From positions 20,522,001-20,586,000 of the forward strand of contig OZ076421.1 of the NCBI GenBank assembly GCA_964187785.1: a stretch of 64,000 nucleotides of DNA, read 5' to 3'. How positions within the stretch are numbered: the stretch's first letter is position 1; each line of letters begins with the position of its first letter. This stretch comes from Amphiscolops sp. MND2022. Lineage: Eukaryota. The position numbers were made by a program, and so were the translations under genes. Positions 61,101 through 64,000 of the stretch are shown here, piece after piece. The notes beneath the pieces are model-generated. The model saw nothing but the letters and a program-made list of their open reading frames with translations. It made no database searches and was not told the origin of the DNA.

Positions 61101-63380
61101 GCAAGGAAATCGAGATCATTTACACTTACAAAGATACGTTGAACGTCAGCATAACCAAACCGATTTTCTGCAATGGGAAGCAGTTCTATGTTGCACAAGC
61201 TCATTTGGATGATTGGAAATTGATAGGGAAGGAAGTTGCTGTTCTTTTCAGGTTAGTCATTTTCATTTTCAGCGTTGAATCTTGGAAATTTTTTCACGCA
61301 CGTCGGTCTTATTAGTCGGCGCTTTTTGGAGAAAAAGCAGACTATTACAATGGCTAGTTTTTTCAGCCTCACATCGAAGTGTCCACTTTTTTTCAAGTTG
61401 TCCAACTTCGTCAGTGGTTTCGTATCGTCGTGGCGGAATTCTCAAATGTATCTAGGACCATATAAAAGACTAGACTAAAGCAAAGTGTCCCCATTTCGAG
61501 GTTTGTTGCCACCTGTGCGACCAAAGGTGAAAATAATTTTTTGTTGTTTTCAGTTGGAGAAAAACCTTTAGTGGCACTAAAGCTTCCTTAAAAATGTGTT
61601 TTTGAGTCTCCAGCGCCGATCCCGGTTTGTTTTTGTTTTTTTTTATTACAGTAGAACTCAGCTTATACGAGTTCTAAAGGAGAGACGCATTTGATTTGAA
61701 TATTTGTTCACTTTCGTCGAGTCTTAGTTCTCATTTGTAGGAAAATGACTGAAAAAAATTGGCATGTCGATTTTTAAGTCATTAAAAAGACTATTCAAAA
61801 CGTTTTCGAAAAGTTTGATTTTTTCTATCCATTTTGGAAAATTTTGCCTTTTTTGTGGAAAATTGCCTTTTTCGAAAAAGGCAATGAAAACTTTTTCTAC
61901 ATATTGTGTTAATTTTTTGCGGTAACTTGCAATGCCATTGCTGTTTCATTGAAACCGGACTATTTTTTGACATCTTGATGTTATATCGTAATGACTTTTA
62001 GTTTGGGAAACAAGGAATGGGAAACGAACCTCGGAATGTTTGTGGACCTGCTGATCAGATACTTTCTCAAAGAACCGGGACATCAAAATGTATCAGCTTT
62101 AGTGGAACAGTTTGGAATCCCAAGTCTACCCCCAGGAGACCCCGAATGGAATGTACCCAAACCCGAATACTCCAAAGTAGCCATAGACTTGGAGCTACGC
62201 AAGAACAAAGGCGAGGATGTGAATGCATCGTCGGGCGACACTGTGCAAGAGAAAAAAGAAGGCGATGAAAGTAAGAAAATTAATGATTCACTTCATTTTT
62301 TGTATTCAAATGATTCAAGAACGAAGATTGAAAAGGTTTAAAATAATGAAACGTTTTCAGGGCTCAATTTGTTTTCTTGACCATGTCTTTTTCTGCTCTT
62401 TCCTCCAAATAAAAAATATACATATGTTTTGAAGTCTTTCTTCGTTCGCTCACCATTTTATCCTTTCAGTTGCGTTGTTAAAAAGTAAAGTTCTGGTCCA
62501 CCATTATTGCGAATTATGGCCACCTTTTCTTCCTTGCCCTAAGATTGTAGTTTCAAGACACTCCGCATTTTCTGCCTACTGAAGTTTTTTGTTCTTTATG
62601 AAAGAAGACCGTGATTATCGGAGAGTCAAAGTGTTGTTTTTAGAAACTGCTGCCAAGAAGCCAGGTCAATGGCCCCCATTGCCCCCCAAGGGGTACAGAG
62701 GTGGGGCTACTTCTGCTGGAGCCGTGGGTTCCACTGGTGACGTCATGTCTGAGTTGCCGCCCCCTCCGAAACCACCCAAAGACTGGAATGCTACTGGCAT
62801 TAGGTTGCCACCGAGACCGGGTAGGTTTCAGCCAAATTAAACTTTTCGACCCATCTGAATGAATTGAAGATAGGACGGAAACAAAAACGTCGGTTCCTTT
62901 CAAAAAGCTCGCTTCTCTAAGAGGTTCTGTTCTTCGATGGAACCCTGAAAATCATATTTGAGCTCTTGTTCAAACTGCAATGTAAATCTTCAAGATTAAC
63001 TGCCCATTTTAAAATTCATCAACTGCGAATATTTTCATTCCGCATAGTTTTTGCTTTTCAGTTTTGGTTCATATTTCTTTTCAATACAAAAATATCCTCT
63101 TTCAGCAACAGTCGAAGCGAACAGAGCGCCTGGTACTGCCACAACTTCTAATTCCAACGAAGAGCAAGGAGTCGCCATAAGCTTCGGCAATTCTCCGGAG
63201 CCGATGACCTCAAATGAACAAACTCCCCTGACTAGCTCCAACTCTATTCCCATTCCCGGCGGAAAGCGCACTTCTCAGGAAATAGTGTCGGTGCCGGATT
63301 GCAACGGGGTCAACACAGTTCAGTCTCCGCCACGTATGAGTGCCGAGAAGAAACTCAAGACTTGTGAAGAAGTTAACAAG
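43198..63380 (+). CDS. NO VEIN-like / sacsin-type GHKL ATPase domain protein (multi-exon, 3' end beyond the window)
   Basis: Inferred exons 43198-43410, 47481-48328, 51474-51963, 52704-53063, 53499-about 53891, about 54389-54608, 56316-61251, 62002-62270, 62644-62820 and 63106-63380. All junctions are GT-AG with matching phases by manual check; exon 5/6 borders are least certain. Motifs ELYSQDIHFILELIQNADDN, FNNEDGF...LCDVGKTTK and IGQKGIGFKSVF; the NOV-like block VK|MRSICTIHELE...LGPLYKHP spans an intron. Confidence 0.85.
43546..45414 (+). mobile_element. hAT DNA transposon, near-intact, in intron 1 of the NOV-like gene
   Basis: 16-bp TIRs CAGGGGTTTGCAATAA / TTATTGCAAAGCCCTG; perfect 8-bp TSD TTTGAGAG (43538-43545, 45415-45422). 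Confidence 0.95.
43704..45195 (+). CDS. hAT transposase with BED finger; one apparent +1 frameshift in an A9 run at 43801-43809
   Basis: MSSNRDF...KCKCGK|GTGWSNLMVHIRTQH (BED finger); catalytic VDGWT, IADN, GCHSHRL (CxxH), TRW and TSNHLERFFS. Confidence 0.85.
45660..46700. mobile_element. Decayed LINE RT fragments in both orientations
   Basis: ILGVTIDRH (minus, about 45860), PQGNTLSPLLFTIFLND (plus, about 46180), KPIPLHGCDIWG (plus, about 46560). Confidence 0.55.
49240..49570. repeat. Cluster of GGATATAACG-type short repeats (pogo/Tigger-like subterminal repeats)
   Basis: CCGGATATAACG(A/T) and variants occur more than eight times in direct orientation. Confidence 0.55.
49706..50075. repeat. 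About 170-bp tandem repeat, 2.2 units
   Basis: CTCAAAAACTGTCCATACGATT at 49709 and 49881, with a variant at 50045. Confidence 0.85.
50891..50937 (-). other. tRNA-derived 3'-half sequence (T-arm/B-box plus CCA) inside a dispersed repeat
   Basis: GTGGG-TTCGAGT-CCCGC stem-loop, then CCTTGACCA, AA and a T8 run. No canonical D-arm or 7-nt anticodon loop. Confidence 0.55.
55490..55875. mobile_element. Diverged inverted-repeat (MITE-like) remnant in an intron
   Basis: CTGCTATTTTTGCCAATGCT...TTGCAATAATT...CTGTAGGGG vs CCCCTACAG...AATTATTGCAA...AGCATTTGCAAAAATAGCAG. Confidence 0.55.
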
Positions 63381-63396
63381 GTTTAGTGATACTCAC

Positions 63397-64000
63397 TGTA
63401 ACGGCTGCTTGCCTTTATCCTGCGCTGAGGCTTGACAAGCTTTACGCCGCCCTGATCCGTTGCTTAGTGCTGTGGACCGTCACTAAACAATTCCTGGTTT
63501 CTTATTTTAAAGGACTGTATCTTTTGACTGGTGGGTCCGATGTGACCCGTGGAATCTCCTGCGATTCCTCTGTTCACTGAATTGGATCCGATGTGATCCT
63601 GCACACACTTCCCTCACTGTATCTTCACGCGCTCCGGCTCTCCAACTATGAGAGTAGCTACTTAGTCGCTCTAACTCTAGCGAAAAGTTGTGAAGATTGA
63701 GAAGTTGATTATTAAGTCTTGCGGTCCTGAGACCCAACTTGACTATAGCTATTCAGTGGAGAAAATCTCTATCTAATAATAGTATACATATCGTTTACAA
63801 TTCTACAGTAAATATAAGCAAATATCAGTTAAAATATGTTGTATAAATAAATGACATTTAAGTGAATTATTAAAGTTATTGGCTATGTAAACAAAGCACA
63901 TGGTGGTTTTGGCATGTTGGTTAGGTGGGTTAGAAAGTATGTTTACACTATGTAAACATTATCAATTCAACAGAGTTACATTCTAATGTGGTCATATAGG
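63397..64000 (-). mobile_element. Third LTR of the same BEL family, running off the window
   Basis: Collinear with 22709 onward (TGTAACGGCTGC...), with more substitutions than separate the paired LTRs. Confidence 0.92.

Noticed and set aside
56319-61204. Many short ORFs overlapping the large exon
   Set aside because: Alternative-frame or antisense shadows with no recognisable motifs.
56300-61315. Bacterial or horizontally acquired single-ORF sacsin-like gene
   Set aside because: The ORF is bounded by phase-compatible splice sites and joins a multi-exon gene model.

Overview
AT-rich, repeat-dense eukaryotic (invertebrate animal) genomic DNA with GT-AG introns; no prokaryotic features and no CRISPR. 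All calls are by-eye motif recognition and manual translation; no database search was run. 1-20 kb: two exons of a probably decayed class-A GPCR on the minus strand. Between them lies an intronless, signal-peptide-bearing stefin-like ORF that lacks the QxVxG motif. This stretch also holds many MITE/foldback elements, long palindromes and a decayed LINE. 20.4-42.9 kb: a nested transposon stack. A non-autonomous Gypsy (tandem tRNA-Trp PBS, LTRs containing RT-coding sequence) is split by three head-to-tail CR1/L2-group LINEs. One LINE carries a Copia with apparent non-canonical TA...GA termini, and a young non-autonomous BEL/Pao element with an 893-aa ORF sits in that Copia's 3' LTR. 43.2-63.4 kb: ten frame-compatible exons of a large NO VEIN/sacsin-type GHKL-ATPase gene with putative N-terminal LOTUS-like domains, continuing past the window. 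Its introns hold a near-intact hAT transposon and another BEL LTR.
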